In this document: positions 29,848 to 39,509 of the stretch, piece by piece | Numbering within the stretch: position 1 is the stretch's first letter | How the letters are laid out: every line of letters begins with the position of its first letter | Assembly: GCA_963730935.1 (NCBI GenBank) | Contig: CAVSTP010000004.1 | Coordinates: 1,376,001-1,440,000 of the forward strand | Direction of reading: 5' to 3' | DNA from: an uncultured Nitrospiraceae bacterium | Lineage (GTDB): Bacteria; Nitrospirota; Nitrospiria; Nitrospirales; Nitrospiraceae | DNA length: 64,000 nt | Notes under the pieces: model-generated | Seen by the model: only the letters and a program-made list of their open reading frames with translations | What the model was told of the DNA's origin: nothing | Database searches by the model: none | Made by a program: the position numbers and the translations under genes

Positions 29848-31448
29848 AACAGACGACACTCGTCATCGTCGCCGTACTAGTCTGGACAGGCGCTGCCTGG
29901 GCCGCTGACCGTCCGGCTCCTCCGACCGAACGGCCGTCAGGGACCGGCGTCATCGTCCATTCCGATGGGTATGTGCTCACCGCGCATCATGTCATTGCCA
30001 ACGCGCGCCGGGTAGTCGTCGTGACGCCGGGCGAAGTGCGAACCTCGGCGATCGTGGTCAGCACCGATCCGGAACACGATCTGGCCCTTCTCAAGGCAGA
30101 GACAGTCGGCCTCTCCGAAACCTCGATCGCTCATGCAGGAACCGTCAGGCTGGATCAGGAAGTCATCGCCGTCGGGTTTCCGTTCGGGTTGCGGGAAGTG
30201 TCCGTGACACGAGGGCGGATCGCAGCCGTGCGGACCAAGGGCGTGCAGCGCGTCTTTCAAGTCGATGCGGCCGTCAATCCCGGAAACAGCGGGGGACCTT
30301 TGTATAACGCGGACGGGGAACTGATTGGGATTCTGACGACCAAATTTTCTCATCCCTCCGGCATTGTTCCGGAAGGAATGGCCTTTGCCGTTCCGGTCAG
30401 TTATGCCACGCCTCTCCTCGCCAACATTGAGGGATTCGACTTCAGCGTGATCGGCAAAAGCCGCAACGGGAAGAAGGCCAAAAAAGGCAAGGCGGCCAGC
30501 GACGACCGGCTTGCGGGCATGCTGCGCACGACCGTCAGAATTGAGACGGCCAGAGGCGCGGAAGCTTCCCCTCCTCCAGCCACACCCGCTCCGGCTGAAT
30601 CCATCAAACGACAGGATCCCGTGCCCCCCATCGCTCAGGGACAAGGGGAAACCCGGAATCCAACCTCTCGCGCGCCGGACACTGATGTCATCCAACAAGT
30701 AAACGAACAGCTGCGGAAGACTCAACAGGAACAGCTCCTGGCGCTGACACAGCAGGGTGTCCCCGTCCCCGACGGGATGGTGTTGATCCCAGCCGGGGAA
30801 TTCTGGATGGGCGCGGAGGACGGCTTGCCCGACATGCGTCCCATGCATCGCGTCTACATGAGCACCTACTGGCTCGACCAGCATGAAGTGACCAACCGGC
30901 AATACCGGCAATGCATGGAAAGCGGAGGATGCGCTCCGCCAAAAGATCACTCAGCGTACGACGATGAAACGCGAGCCGATCATCCCGTCACGAATGTGAC
31001 ATGGACGCAGGCCAGAAATTATTGCCGCTGGCGTGGAAGGCGCCTGCCCACGGAAGCCGAGTGGGAAAAAGCGGCTCGCGGGATCGATGCGCGGCTCTAC
31101 CCATGGGGAAATTCCGACGACATGGTCAAGACCCGATCACGTCTCAGCGAATCGGCCAAGAACGGGACGGTGCCGGTGGGGAGCATCGAGTTCGCGCGCT
31201 CGCCGTATGGGGTTGCGGATCTCGTCATGAATGCCTCCGAGTGGGTCAACGACTGGTATGCAGAAGATTTTTATCGGTCCTCGCCAAGCCGGGATCCGCA
31301 GGGCCCCGCGCGTGGTGGATTCAAGGTGCTGCGCGGGGGTGAACCCAGCGACCGTCCGCTCGAGCTTCGGGTCAGCTATCGAGGATGGGATGACATGAGC
31401 TATTGGGGACCGGCGGTCGGCTTCCGCTGCGCACAAGACGGATCGTAG
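29844..31448 (+). CDS. Trypsin-like serine protease fused to FGE-sulfatase (SUMF1) domain
   Basis: LTAHHV, DLALL, GNSGGP triad; IPAGEFWMG, HPVTNVTW, RLPTEAEWEKAARG, GFRCA. Confidence 0.92.
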   Translation: MKQTTLVIVAVLVWTGAAWAADRPAPPTERPSGTGVIVHSDGYVLTAHHVIANARRVVVVTPGEVRTSAIVVSTDPEHDLALLKAETVGLSETSIAHAGTVRLDQEVIAVGFPFGLREVSVTRGRIAAVRTKGVQRVFQVDAAVNPGNSGGPLYNADGELIGILTTKFSHPSGIVPEGMAFAVPVSYATPLLANIEGFDFSVIGKSRNGKKAKKGKAASDDRLAGMLRTTVRIETARGAEASPPPATPAPAESIKRQDPVPPIAQGQGETRNPTSRAPDTDVIQQVNEQLRKTQQEQLLALTQQGVPVPDGMVLIPAGEFWMGAEDGLPDMRPMHRVYMSTYWLDQHEVTNRQYRQCMESGGCAPPKDHSAYDDETRADHPVTNVTWTQARNYCRWRGRRLPTEAEWEKAARGIDARLYPWGNSDDMVKTRSRLSESAKNGTVPVGSIEFARSPYGVADLVMNASEWVNDWYAEDFYRSSPSRDPQGPARGGFKVLRGGEPSDRPLELRVSYRGWDDMSYWGPAVGFRCAQDGS

Positions 31449-31451
31449 AGG

Positions 31452-31760
31452 TGGATGACGGCCTTCTGCTTCAGCGACAGGTAAAACCGCAGTGTGCATG
31501 GCTCTGTAACTTGGTCCGTCCCGGACTTCGTCCGAGCTGACATTTTAACAGTGCGTCTCGCCATCGCCATCTGGGAAAAGGGCGCGTCCCGGGTACACGA
31601 TTGCAAAGCAATCGGTGGGTCGGTGGGTGAAAAGGATTGCCCAGGGTTGGGCGGGTGAGAATGTCGACCGCAGCGACAGGCCCTGCACCCCGCGCAAGTC
31701 ACACTGAGGCCACCATCCACCCCGATTGGGAAGAGTAAGCGAGCGAGCTTGGATGGACCA
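31452..31760 (+). repeat. Dispersed modular palindromic repeat, near-complete copy
   Basis: CGGACTTCGTCCG, CTGGGAAAAGGGCGCGTCCCGG, CGATTGC-AAA-GCAATCG, GAGCGAGCTTGGA. Confidence 0.9.
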
Positions 31761-31920
31761 TCATTGGCTGTACAACATTGTACGAAGTTGTACGTATAAG
31801 TAAGTTTATTGCTGACAAGCCTCCCTAATAACTCATTGAAAACATTCGATTGAGTGAAAGGAGCGAAAATTGCTCTACCCCCAACAGCTTTGCATCGCTA
31901 CCACTTAGGAGGAGGAAAAG

Positions 31921-32136
31921 ATGGATTGTCCGAAGTGCAAAGGGTTCATGGAGTTGGAGCGCTTCTCGGATTTCTTCTTGGTCTTCTATGCGTGGAAATG
32001 CTTCAATTGCGGAGCAATCATTGATCGAACGATCGCCGAGAATCGTAGAAAGAGCCTCGACGCTAAAATGGTAAGAACCGACAAAGTCGAGGCCGAGGTT
32101 AGCGACGCTGAAGGTACGACCGTCGCCACTGCCTAG
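31921..32136 (+). CDS. Small zinc-ribbon protein
   Basis: MDCPKCKG.M...WKCFNCG.IID; AGGAGGAGG RBS. Confidence 0.8.
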   Translation: MDCPKCKGFMELERFSDFFLVFYAWKCFNCGAIIDRTIAENRRKSLDAKMVRTDKVEAEVSDAEGTTVATA

Positions 32137-32188
32137 ATAGGGACGGCAACGAGGAAGGTGTTAGGAACCGCTCTCGCAGTGCGGCCGC

Positions 32189-32545
32189 TTACTCCGATCC
32201 CCCGACGAAGCGCAGGGCTCGGTCGCCGGTCAGGTTTTGCGGCTGTACGATATAGTGGCCGGTCATACTCGGGCTCCAGATCGCCTTTGCGATCTCGGTG
32301 TTTCCTCCCGTCATCACCCAGGCCAAACTGCCGACCAGGCCTCCACTCACTGCATAAACGACCTTGGCCGCGCCATATGGCACGGTCGCCAGCCAGCTGG
32401 CCGCTTGCAACCCCGCTCCGCTAGCGCTTCCTGAGTCCTCTGCCAAGGCGATGGCGGTGTTGCCTCCCAATGCGATGAGCAGCGCAAGGGTGATGACGAA
32501 CGTCACCGCCCGCATACGCGACATCAATGTACAGCTCATGTTCAT
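32189..32545 (-). CDS. Exported/membrane hypothetical protein
   Basis: Signal peptide; PYGAAKVVYA..GG..G. Confidence 0.65.
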   Translation of the reverse strand: MNMSCTLMSRMRAVTFVITLALLIALGGNTAIALAEDSGSASGAGLQAASWLATVPYGAAKVVYAVSGGLVGSLAWVMTGGNTEIAKAIWSPSMTGHYIVQPQNLTGDRALRFVGGSE

Positions 32546-32639
32546 GTCTCTCTCCTCGTTTGGGGTGCGTAGCGAGGAACGGCCGCATTATATATGAATA
32601 GAGAAGCGAGGCAAGTATGGGCGGAATGGAAGGTGGAGC

Positions 32640-32720
32640 AGCAGTGGTTCTACCGCCACCCCGTACTCCCCTTCTGGTGTGCGCGTTGGGCTAGCAAAGG
32701 AGACCAACGGGTCACCTTCC
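32640..32720 (-). repeat. Partial copy (5' module) of the dispersed repeat
   Basis: Reverse complement contains TGCTAGCCCAACGCGCACACCAGA, as at 26605. Confidence 0.65.
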
Positions 32721-32725
32721 ATTTC

Positions 32726-34009
32726 TTATGCAAACCCGCTCGCCACCGTCGCCGGGTCAGTTTCGGTTTCATCGGTAGAATCGCCCCCAACTGAAATCCG
32801 GCGGCTGAACAATGCTGCCGCGAGCCCCAGCAAGAACAGCACACACCCGATCCCGATCATGCTGACATATTCATTGGCCTGCTCCGTCAGCCATCCGAAA
32901 AAAGAAATGCCGGCCAGTGACGTTGCCGTGGCAATCGCGGTGTAGATCGCCATGACGCGTCCGACCATGTCGGCAGGCACGAATTCCTGGATCATGCCCC
33001 AAGCGATCGGCGTCCACGTGCCAAATCCCATCCCGACGACCGTGACGAGCACCGTCGCGACCACCAGACTCTGTGTCCAGGCAAGCCCGCAAAGCGCGGC
33101 GCCTCCGATCACGCAGGAGATCGCAATGACTTGGACTCGCCTGCGTGTCTCCCATTGTGACAAGGGCACGAGCGCCAGCGACACCACAAACAAGCCGATG
33201 CCGAGCCACGACCAGAGATAGCCCACTTCGACCGGGCCCAGGGCCAGCATCTTTTTGCCGAAGACCGGAAACAACGTCGTGTAGGCCCCTGCCGCGAACG
33301 TATACAGAGATGCTAAGAGAATCAGCACCAGAATGGTGCGTTGGGAAAACAGCGAATATCGAATGCCTTCCACCAGATCCTGGAACGTCGCCGAAGCCGC
33401 ACCGACCTGCGGATGCGATGGCTTGCTCCACGGCAGCTTGATCGGCACCAGGCAAAGCGCCGACGCAAAATAGATCACGGCATTCGCGCAAAGCACTTCC
33501 TGTGAGCCGGCAAAGGCGATCCCGAGACCACTGAGCGCGGGACCGATGATGATGCCAATACTCGTCGTACTCTGGAGCATCGCATTGGCGGCGACGTACC
33601 GGGGACGGTCGACCAGAAATGGGACGGAGGACGACAGGGTCGGCACAAACATCGCCGTGGCGATGCCATAGAGGAAGACCAGCAGGTACAGCATCTCGAC
33701 CGTAAACACTTCGATCGAGAGTACACAGGGAATCAAGCCAATGAGGATCCCGCGGGTGACGTCAGTGATGATTAAAATGGCTTTCTTGGGCAGCCTGTCG
33801 ACTGTCACGCCGATGAGCGGGCCGAGGAGTATGGGCGAAAGCGTCTGGAGCAAGCCGATCACGCTGGTTTTCATCGCCGATCCGGTCACGGAGTATACGA
33901 ACCAGAGAAGCGCCAGGCGGCTGACGCCGTCGGCCACTTGCGACAACACCTGACTCCACCAGATCAAGGCGAAATCACGGCTAAGTAGGAGGCGCTTCTC
34001 TGTGGACAT
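32726..34009 (-). CDS. MFS transporter (DHA3/macrolide-efflux-like)
   Basis: RDFALIWWSQ..SQ..D....ALLWFVY..TGS; GVTVDRLPKK; GRV. Confidence 0.92.
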   Translation of the reverse strand: MSTEKRLLLSRDFALIWWSQVLSQVADGVSRLALLWFVYSVTGSAMKTSVIGLLQTLSPILLGPLIGVTVDRLPKKAILIITDVTRGILIGLIPCVLSIEVFTVEMLYLLVFLYGIATAMFVPTLSSSVPFLVDRPRYVAANAMLQSTTSIGIIIGPALSGLGIAFAGSQEVLCANAVIYFASALCLVPIKLPWSKPSHPQVGAASATFQDLVEGIRYSLFSQRTILVLILLASLYTFAAGAYTTLFPVFGKKMLALGPVEVGYLWSWLGIGLFVVSLALVPLSQWETRRRVQVIAISCVIGGAALCGLAWTQSLVVATVLVTVVGMGFGTWTPIAWGMIQEFVPADMVGRVMAIYTAIATATSLAGISFFGWLTEQANEYVSMIGIGCVLFLLGLAAALFSRRISVGGDSTDETETDPATVASGFA

Positions 34010-34094
34010 GTGTAGACCTTCGTCTATTGAAAGACGATAGCGTGTTTGGGTGCTGAAAGACAGAGGTGTGAGCTCTAGGGGTTAGGGCAAGAAG

Positions 34095-34295
34095 GATTGA
34101 TGGTAGACCTCCATTGCTCCAGCGAGAGGTGGGACCGCAGGGCCCTATCGCTGGTTGGCTCCTCAACTTGGTCCGTCCGAACGGACCTTCAAGCAGTGCG
34201 TCTCGCCATCGCCACCTGGGAAAAGGGCGCGTCCCGGGTAAACGATTGCACAGCAATCGGTGGGTAGGTGGGTGAAAAGGATTGTCCTGGGTTGG
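34095..34295 (+). repeat. Dispersed modular palindromic repeat copy
   Basis: GGTCCGT-CCGA-ACGGACC, CGATTGC-ACA-GCAATCG. Confidence 0.9.
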
Positions 34296-34394
34296 GCCCG
34301 CAGGGTTGCCCTAAAGCGTTTGACTTGCGTGGTATGCCCACCTAAAATCTCTTCTCAGCAACTCACCCACCCGAGTCTGAGGAGATGTGATTCG

Positions 34395-34961
34395 ATGACG
34401 GACAATCCTGTTGTAATGGCTGTATTCCTGGTGTTAGGTGGGCTCGTTGGAATTTGGGGCTTCTTCCGATTCCCGCTTCCCGCACTCCTCGTCAACTATC
34501 CGACGATGATCGTATCCAATGCCTTGAAGTTTATCCCTGCACTGGCGTTGCTCCTGGGCGGACAGACTGCCATCCAAGCAGAGCCGGTGGAGCGACTGGA
34601 CGATCATCTGATCTCGCAGGCTGAATCGCCCGAGACTGTCCAAGAGGCACCAAACACGATGGAGGCCGTGTTCGTCAGTGCCGCCCCAGTTCAGGTCTTC
34701 GGGTCGGATACAGTGGGAATCGGCTTGATGGACAAGGGATGGGTTCAATTCGTGGCGGGCGAATCGCAGCCGACGCCGTTGCCACTGCAAGCAGCCTCAG
34801 ATCCAACACAGCCGACACAGCCGAATCCAACACCGCCGACACAGCCAGAACAGCCAACACAGCCGACACAGCCAGGACAGCCAACAAAGCCGACAAAGCC
34901 ACCGACAAAGGGAGTGGATGATAACGGGTTCGCTGATGGTCGAGTACAGGCTCAGGGATAG
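34395..34961 (+). CDS. Membrane-anchored protein with PTQ repeats; possibly continues by frameshift to 35190
   Basis: GAGGAG RBS; TM segments; (PTQ)n at 34800-34910. Confidence 0.55.
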   Translation: MTDNPVVMAVFLVLGGLVGIWGFFRFPLPALLVNYPTMIVSNALKFIPALALLLGGQTAIQAEPVERLDDHLISQAESPETVQEAPNTMEAVFVSAAPVQVFGSDTVGIGLMDKGWVQFVAGESQPTPLPLQAASDPTQPTQPNPTPPTQPEQPTQPTQPGQPTKPTKPPTKGVDDNGFADGRVQAQG

Positions 34962-35201
34962 GCTCGTGCTCACGATTGATCCGCCTCCGCAGCAGCAGCC
35001 CACACCACCAACCGACGCCGAAAGGCGTAATCAGACACGGCCTGCCGTTCGCGTGGTCATCTCTCCCGGCCCGGCGGATGATCCACGGTATCGCGCCCAG
35101 ACCGCACCTCGGAAGGAGCATACAGATGTGCCTGCTCGTCAACTCGCAGCTGAAAGGGCACCGTCCCTGAAAATGAGCGGGCGGAATTAGGTGTTTCCGG
35201 T

Positions 35202-36515
35202 TTAGGCGGCGGCCGCCACCGTCGTGTTCACCGCGCGGGGGGAGAACTGCATGGCCACAAGCGCCGTCAGCAGGAGCACGAGCCCGAGCCCGACGAGACT
35301 TTCCGCCGGACCGATCTTATCCGCGATCCAACCGAATCCGGACATGCCCACCATCGCGGCCGCCATCGATCCGGTGCTGAACGTTGTGAGCACTCGACCC
35401 ATCAGGTGCGACGGTGTGACCTCCTGCAGCAGTGCCCACACCACCGGATTGAGTACGGCGGCGCCCGCCCCCACGAGAAGCACAAATGCCGCCGCGATCA
35501 TCGGAGACTCCAGCACGCTCAGAGTGCATACCGCCAACCCGCCCACGGTCGTCCCCCTGACGAGGACTTGCATGCGGCTCTGAACATCGTTCTGCTGTTT
35601 CATGGCCAGCCATGAGGACGCTGCGAGCATCCCCGCCCCGAGAGCAGACCACAGCCAGCCGAGTTCTACCGGCCCCACCTGCAGCGACTCCTTCGCATAC
35701 ACCGGCAGGACAAAGACAAACGCACTCGCTCCCAAGTTATAAAGGGCCGAGATGGTCACCAACCCGAAGACAGTCGAGCGGTTGCTGAAGACGAAGCGAA
35801 AGCCGACAGAGAGATCGCTCAGCATTGATTTCGTCTCTGCCGCGGTCTTTGGCTCCTGCCGCAGGGTCTCGTTGCTACGAATCGGCATCAGACACAACGC
35901 ACTGATGAAAAACGTGGCAGCATTCACATAGAGCACGTATTGCGCGCCGATCAGCGCAATCAGCACCCCGCTCACCGCCGGCCCCAACAGAAGGCCGATA
36001 TTGTTCGTCCCCTGAATGAGCGCATTGGCCGAGACAAGCTCGGATCGCCGGACCAGGGATGGCACGGCCGAAACCAACGCCGGGCCAAACACTGTGGAAA
36101 CCATAGATTGCAGAAAGATCAAGACGAAGAGACCCTCGAGCTTCAGAAGGCCGAATCCGTACAAGGATGGAATGAGGAAGGTCAGCACCGTCCGAATGAG
36201 GTCCACCCAAATCATGACCGGCTTCTTTCGAAGGCGATCAAGATAAACCCCGATAAGAGGACCGAAGAACAAGGGAGGCACGGTCTGCAGCAGACCCACC
36301 GTCGCAATCATCATCGCCGAGCCGGTCAGCTCGTAGACGAACCACAGCAACGCGACCTTATTAAGACCTTCGCCGATTTGCGACGTGACTTGTCCCCACC
36401 AGAGCAATCCAAAATCCCGGGTCTGAATGAGCCGCCAGCCTCTGCTCTCGCAAGCCGCTGCGTCGGATGGCATGGCCGTTTGTTCGGATGCTTGTCTAAT
36501 CTGTTCACCGGTCAT
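35202..36515 (-). CDS. MFS transporter (paralogue of 32726-34009)
   Basis: RDFGLLWWGQ.TSQIG....VALLWFVYELTGS; GVYLDRLRKK. Confidence 0.92.
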   Translation of the reverse strand: MTGEQIRQASEQTAMPSDAAACESRGWRLIQTRDFGLLWWGQVTSQIGEGLNKVALLWFVYELTGSAMMIATVGLLQTVPPLFFGPLIGVYLDRLRKKPVMIWVDLIRTVLTFLIPSLYGFGLLKLEGLFVLIFLQSMVSTVFGPALVSAVPSLVRRSELVSANALIQGTNNIGLLLGPAVSGVLIALIGAQYVLYVNAATFFISALCLMPIRSNETLRQEPKTAAETKSMLSDLSVGFRFVFSNRSTVFGLVTISALYNLGASAFVFVLPVYAKESLQVGPVELGWLWSALGAGMLAASSWLAMKQQNDVQSRMQVLVRGTTVGGLAVCTLSVLESPMIAAAFVLLVGAGAAVLNPVVWALLQEVTPSHLMGRVLTTFSTGSMAAAMVGMSGFGWIADKIGPAESLVGLGLVLLLTALVAMQFSPRAVNTTVAAAA

Positions 36516-36980
36516 CGCAACACCCATCCTCCTGTGAAGTCCGTGATGCACCAGTGTGAGTGCAAACGACAGACCAGGGGACGAGTCAATCGACGAAGAA
36601 ACGAAGATAAGGAAAAACCTCAGAGAAGGGCAAACACGTACGGGCGGCCAAATCGAACGTGGGGAACAATTGCGCCACAGCTTCAGACAGATTTTCCCGA
36701 CTCGGGTCGTGAACCCGCACGACTAGAAGATCCCTAGGCCACGATCGCTTACATCTCCTTAACTTGTGCGCGATTATTGTCATACGAACTGTATGTTACG
36801 GCCTCTAGTAGTATCTCTCGCGAGAGGACAGCAAGGGAGGCGTGAGAACTATTGATCTCCATGCCCGACCGATTGCATGGTGGATCTGCTGAACGTGGAG
36901 AGTAGTTATATATGAGCAAAGTGCAGGTGTGAATCTGGGCCGACAGGAGGCAGAGGTTCGATGGCTAGCACCAGATACCG

Positions 36981-37032
36981 TTAGTGCCAGCTGGCAGCCA
37001 ACACGGTTTGCACTTCCTGCGGCCGCTGATCG
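36981..37032 (-). pseudogene. Orphan 3' end of an RTX/T1SS-substrate-like gene (short copy)
   Basis: Encodes DQRPQEVQTVLAASWH*; direct repeat of 39047-39098. Confidence 0.55.
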
Positions 37033-37057
37033 TTATCTCGGATTTTAAATCGCGCGG

Positions 37058-37558
37058 TTAGCTGAGAGTCGTTGAGCTGCGTCCACTTGGCCGCCGTTCC
37101 TCAAAGGCAACGGCTGCCGCCTCAATCGCTTTGCGAAACTCCAATGGCGCATGAATGCCTGGGAACGTCTCTCTTGTGGACCCAGTGCCGGTCACATAGA
37201 GGGTCCCAAAATTGAAGAGCCGTCCCCAGATACTCTGTTCGACACCTATGTTCTCGATCTTTGTGAGGATGGTTTCCAAGGTGTGCCGACTCACAATGCC
37301 GGTCTTGATCAACACGCGCTTGTCTGTGACGGCAAATTCCGAGCAGCGCCATATGAGATAGCTATGGAACAAGACACCAAGCGGGATGACGAGGATGAGC
37401 AGAGACAGGTATGGATTGACCCCCTGGTAGATCAAACCTACGGTGCATGCAATGGCGAGCAATGAGAGAAGCACTGGCGAAAGGAATACCTTCCAATGCA
37501 GGTGAGTACGAAAAAAAATCTGCTCCCCTGAGAGGAGATTATCATCGACATAGCCCAT
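37058..37558 (-). CDS. Bacterial PH-domain (bPH_2) membrane protein
   Basis: MGYVDDNLLSGE, EFAVTDKRVLIKTGI, IENIGVEQS..GR.FNFGT. Confidence 0.9.
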   Translation of the reverse strand: MGYVDDNLLSGEQIFFRTHLHWKVFLSPVLLSLLAIACTVGLIYQGVNPYLSLLILVIPLGVLFHSYLIWRCSEFAVTDKRVLIKTGIVSRHTLETILTKIENIGVEQSIWGRLFNFGTLYVTGTGSTRETFPGIHAPLEFRKAIEAAAVAFEERRPSGRSSTTLS

Positions 37559-37827
37559 CGTTTCTGCCTCACCCTGGTGGGCGCATTCTAGGAGTGTTGC
37601 AAGGAATGGGCAAGATCTAGGATGGAACCTTAGGCATAGCACAGTCTGCCTAATCTCTTGCAATTTTGCGCCCCTCGCCTGGCATGACGGTTAGTGGCTA
37701 TGCAGCGGTATCTCATACGTACGTATTATTTCCCCCTCCTTCAGTTTGCTCCCCTTGCACTTTTGCAGAATATCGTCCTGGCTCCGTTGGTTGTATAAGG
37801 AAAGTGCAGCAACCTTAGGAGGCTCCC

Positions 37828-38463
37828 ATGCTCCTCCGATTTGTCAGTAGCCTCGTCCTATTGATCATTTGCATCACGAGTTCCGCTTGCGCGAAAGGCA
37901 AGCCTCCTGTGGACATGGAGAATACTCGCGCCAAAAACGAGGCAACTGCGAGAGAGCTTCTCAACTTAGCCGAAGAAGGAAACGTGATCGCTCAAAACAG
38001 ACTCGGTCTGTTCTACAAGGCCGGCAAGGGCGTACCCCAGAACTATGGTCAGGCGAAAAGGTGGTTTGAAGAGGCTGCGAAGCAGGGCCACGCCGAGGCC
38101 CAAATCAATCTCGGCACGTTATATCTCCAGGGAGATGCGCCTCCGCAAAGCTCTCAGATGGCGTTGTTCTGGTTTGGTCGAGCGGCAGAGCAAGGAGTTG
38201 TTCCGGCTTTTGCGAACCTTGCTCAAATGTATCAAGAGGCACAAGGAGTACCCCAGGATTTTGTCCAAGCCTACAAGTGGCTTTACCTGGCTGCAACCAA
38301 TGGTGATGCGTCAAGTGCCGAAAGGCGTGATATACTCGCGACGAAGATGACCTCTGCCCAAATCACGGATGCGCAAAAACTAGCACGGGAGTGGAAGCCA
38401 ACGCGCAAATCAGTCGCTTCGAAACCCCTGGAAGCGAGTCAACGGAATATCACCAGGTTCTAG
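37828..38463 (+). CDS. Sel1-repeat protein
   Basis: AQNRLG.FY..GKGVPQNY..AKRWFEEAAKQGH; AQKLAREW. Confidence 0.92.
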   Translation: MLLRFVSSLVLLIICITSSACAKGKPPVDMENTRAKNEATARELLNLAEEGNVIAQNRLGLFYKAGKGVPQNYGQAKRWFEEAAKQGHAEAQINLGTLYLQGDAPPQSSQMALFWFGRAAEQGVVPAFANLAQMYQEAQGVPQDFVQAYKWLYLAATNGDASSAERRDILATKMTSAQITDAQKLAREWKPTRKSVASKPLEASQRNITRF

Positions 38464-38527
38464 AGACCCTCGCAAACATGGAAACCGAAACGATGCCAAC
38501 ACTTGTACCTGCAATTTAGAGGTGCCT

Positions 38528-38776
38528 ATGGCGTTAGTTGCTTTAACTGTAACCCGTGTCGGTACCGGCCGTTTTGAAGTGCACGCGGATTATGGTGACA
38601 AGGGCACGACGGACGTCATGTGCGAAGACCTCGGCGACTTGGTTCGCACTATTCAACTCTGGGCTAGCGGCGATTGGAGTCAGAAACCGGACGCGAGAGT
38701 GTGCAATGCAAATTCGATGGGGGTGAGGACTGAGGCTTCTGTATTTCCTCAGTTCCCCCTACACGGAAAGGGTTGA
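38528..38776 (+). CDS. Hypothetical protein
   Basis: AGAGGTG RBS; ORF only. Confidence 0.4.
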   Translation: MALVALTVTRVGTGRFEVHADYGDKGTTDVMCEDLGDLVRTIQLWASGDWSQKPDARVCNANSMGVRTEASVFPQFPLHGKG

Positions 38777-38791
38777 ATCGAAAGGGTGAGG

Positions 38792-39001
38792 ATGGAAACC
38801 GAACAAAGCAATCCGCTGGAGTGTTCTGAGTGTAAAGGTGTCCTCTTGCCCGAACGTGCGATCCGCCTACAGAATGAGATTTGCGTACTGCGATATGTCT
38901 GCATGGGTTGTGACAGCAGATCCTATGCACTGAAGACCGGATCTCGCGTTCGGGTATATCCATCAGGCAATATTGAAAGTGTCACGGGTACTGCGAGCTG
39001 A
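38792..39001 (+). CDS. Small CxxC...CxxC protein
   Basis: CSEC...CMGC. Confidence 0.45.
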   Translation: METEQSNPLECSECKGVLLPERAIRLQNEICVLRYVCMGCDSRSYALKTGSRVRVYPSGNIESVTGTAS

Positions 39002-39046
39002 TTCCAAAGCCGGATCTAAGCGCCCGTATTTCCTGAAACGAAAACC

Positions 39047-39169
39047 TCAGTGCCATCTGGCCGCCAACACGGTTTGCACCTCCTGCGGCCGCTGATCGAT
39101 GGCTTGATCCCACGTGAGGCCGGTTTGCTGGCTAAAGGAGGCCATGGCTTGGATCAACTGATTGACCTG
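39047..39169 (-). pseudogene. Orphan C-terminus of an RTX/T1SS-substrate-like protein
   Basis: QVNQLIQAMASFSQQTGLTWDQAIDQRPQEVQTVLAARWH*, resembling C-terminal tails of hemolysin-type Ca-binding proteins; no N-terminus. Confidence 0.6.
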
Positions 39170-39300
39170 GGGTTTACGAAATTCCGACAATCCAACCTCA
39201 GACAACCTAACCCCACAAAAAACCACAAGCCAGCGAGCTCCTGACATGGGGATAGATGGGGCTGAGTTGTCCTGTCCTGGTAGCAGCGTGGTAGCAGATG
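39164..39300 (-). mobile_element. att-like remnant (TGCTACCA arm pair plus AAACCCCAGGTC core)
   Basis: Reverse complement matches 53146-53278 with the same 121-bp arm-to-core spacing. Confidence 0.65.
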
Positions 39301-39509
39301 AGGGAGCTAGCAATTAGGGGTGCGGGTCGGTTTCCTTTCTGGCTGCCCTACAGACATCTCCTGCAGCCCCCGCATTCATGATGGCGATGCAAAATCCAAC
39401 AGTGAAGTCAGGGCAAACTAACATCCGCTTGCCTATCTATTGATCCCGACGCATTGATCACCGCGACACCGCCCTCGCCATCGCATCTCAAAAGGCTTCC
39501 CATGAATAA

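Noticed and set aside
34800..34910. Short tandem repeats as an array
   Set aside because: 9-bp coding PTQ repeats
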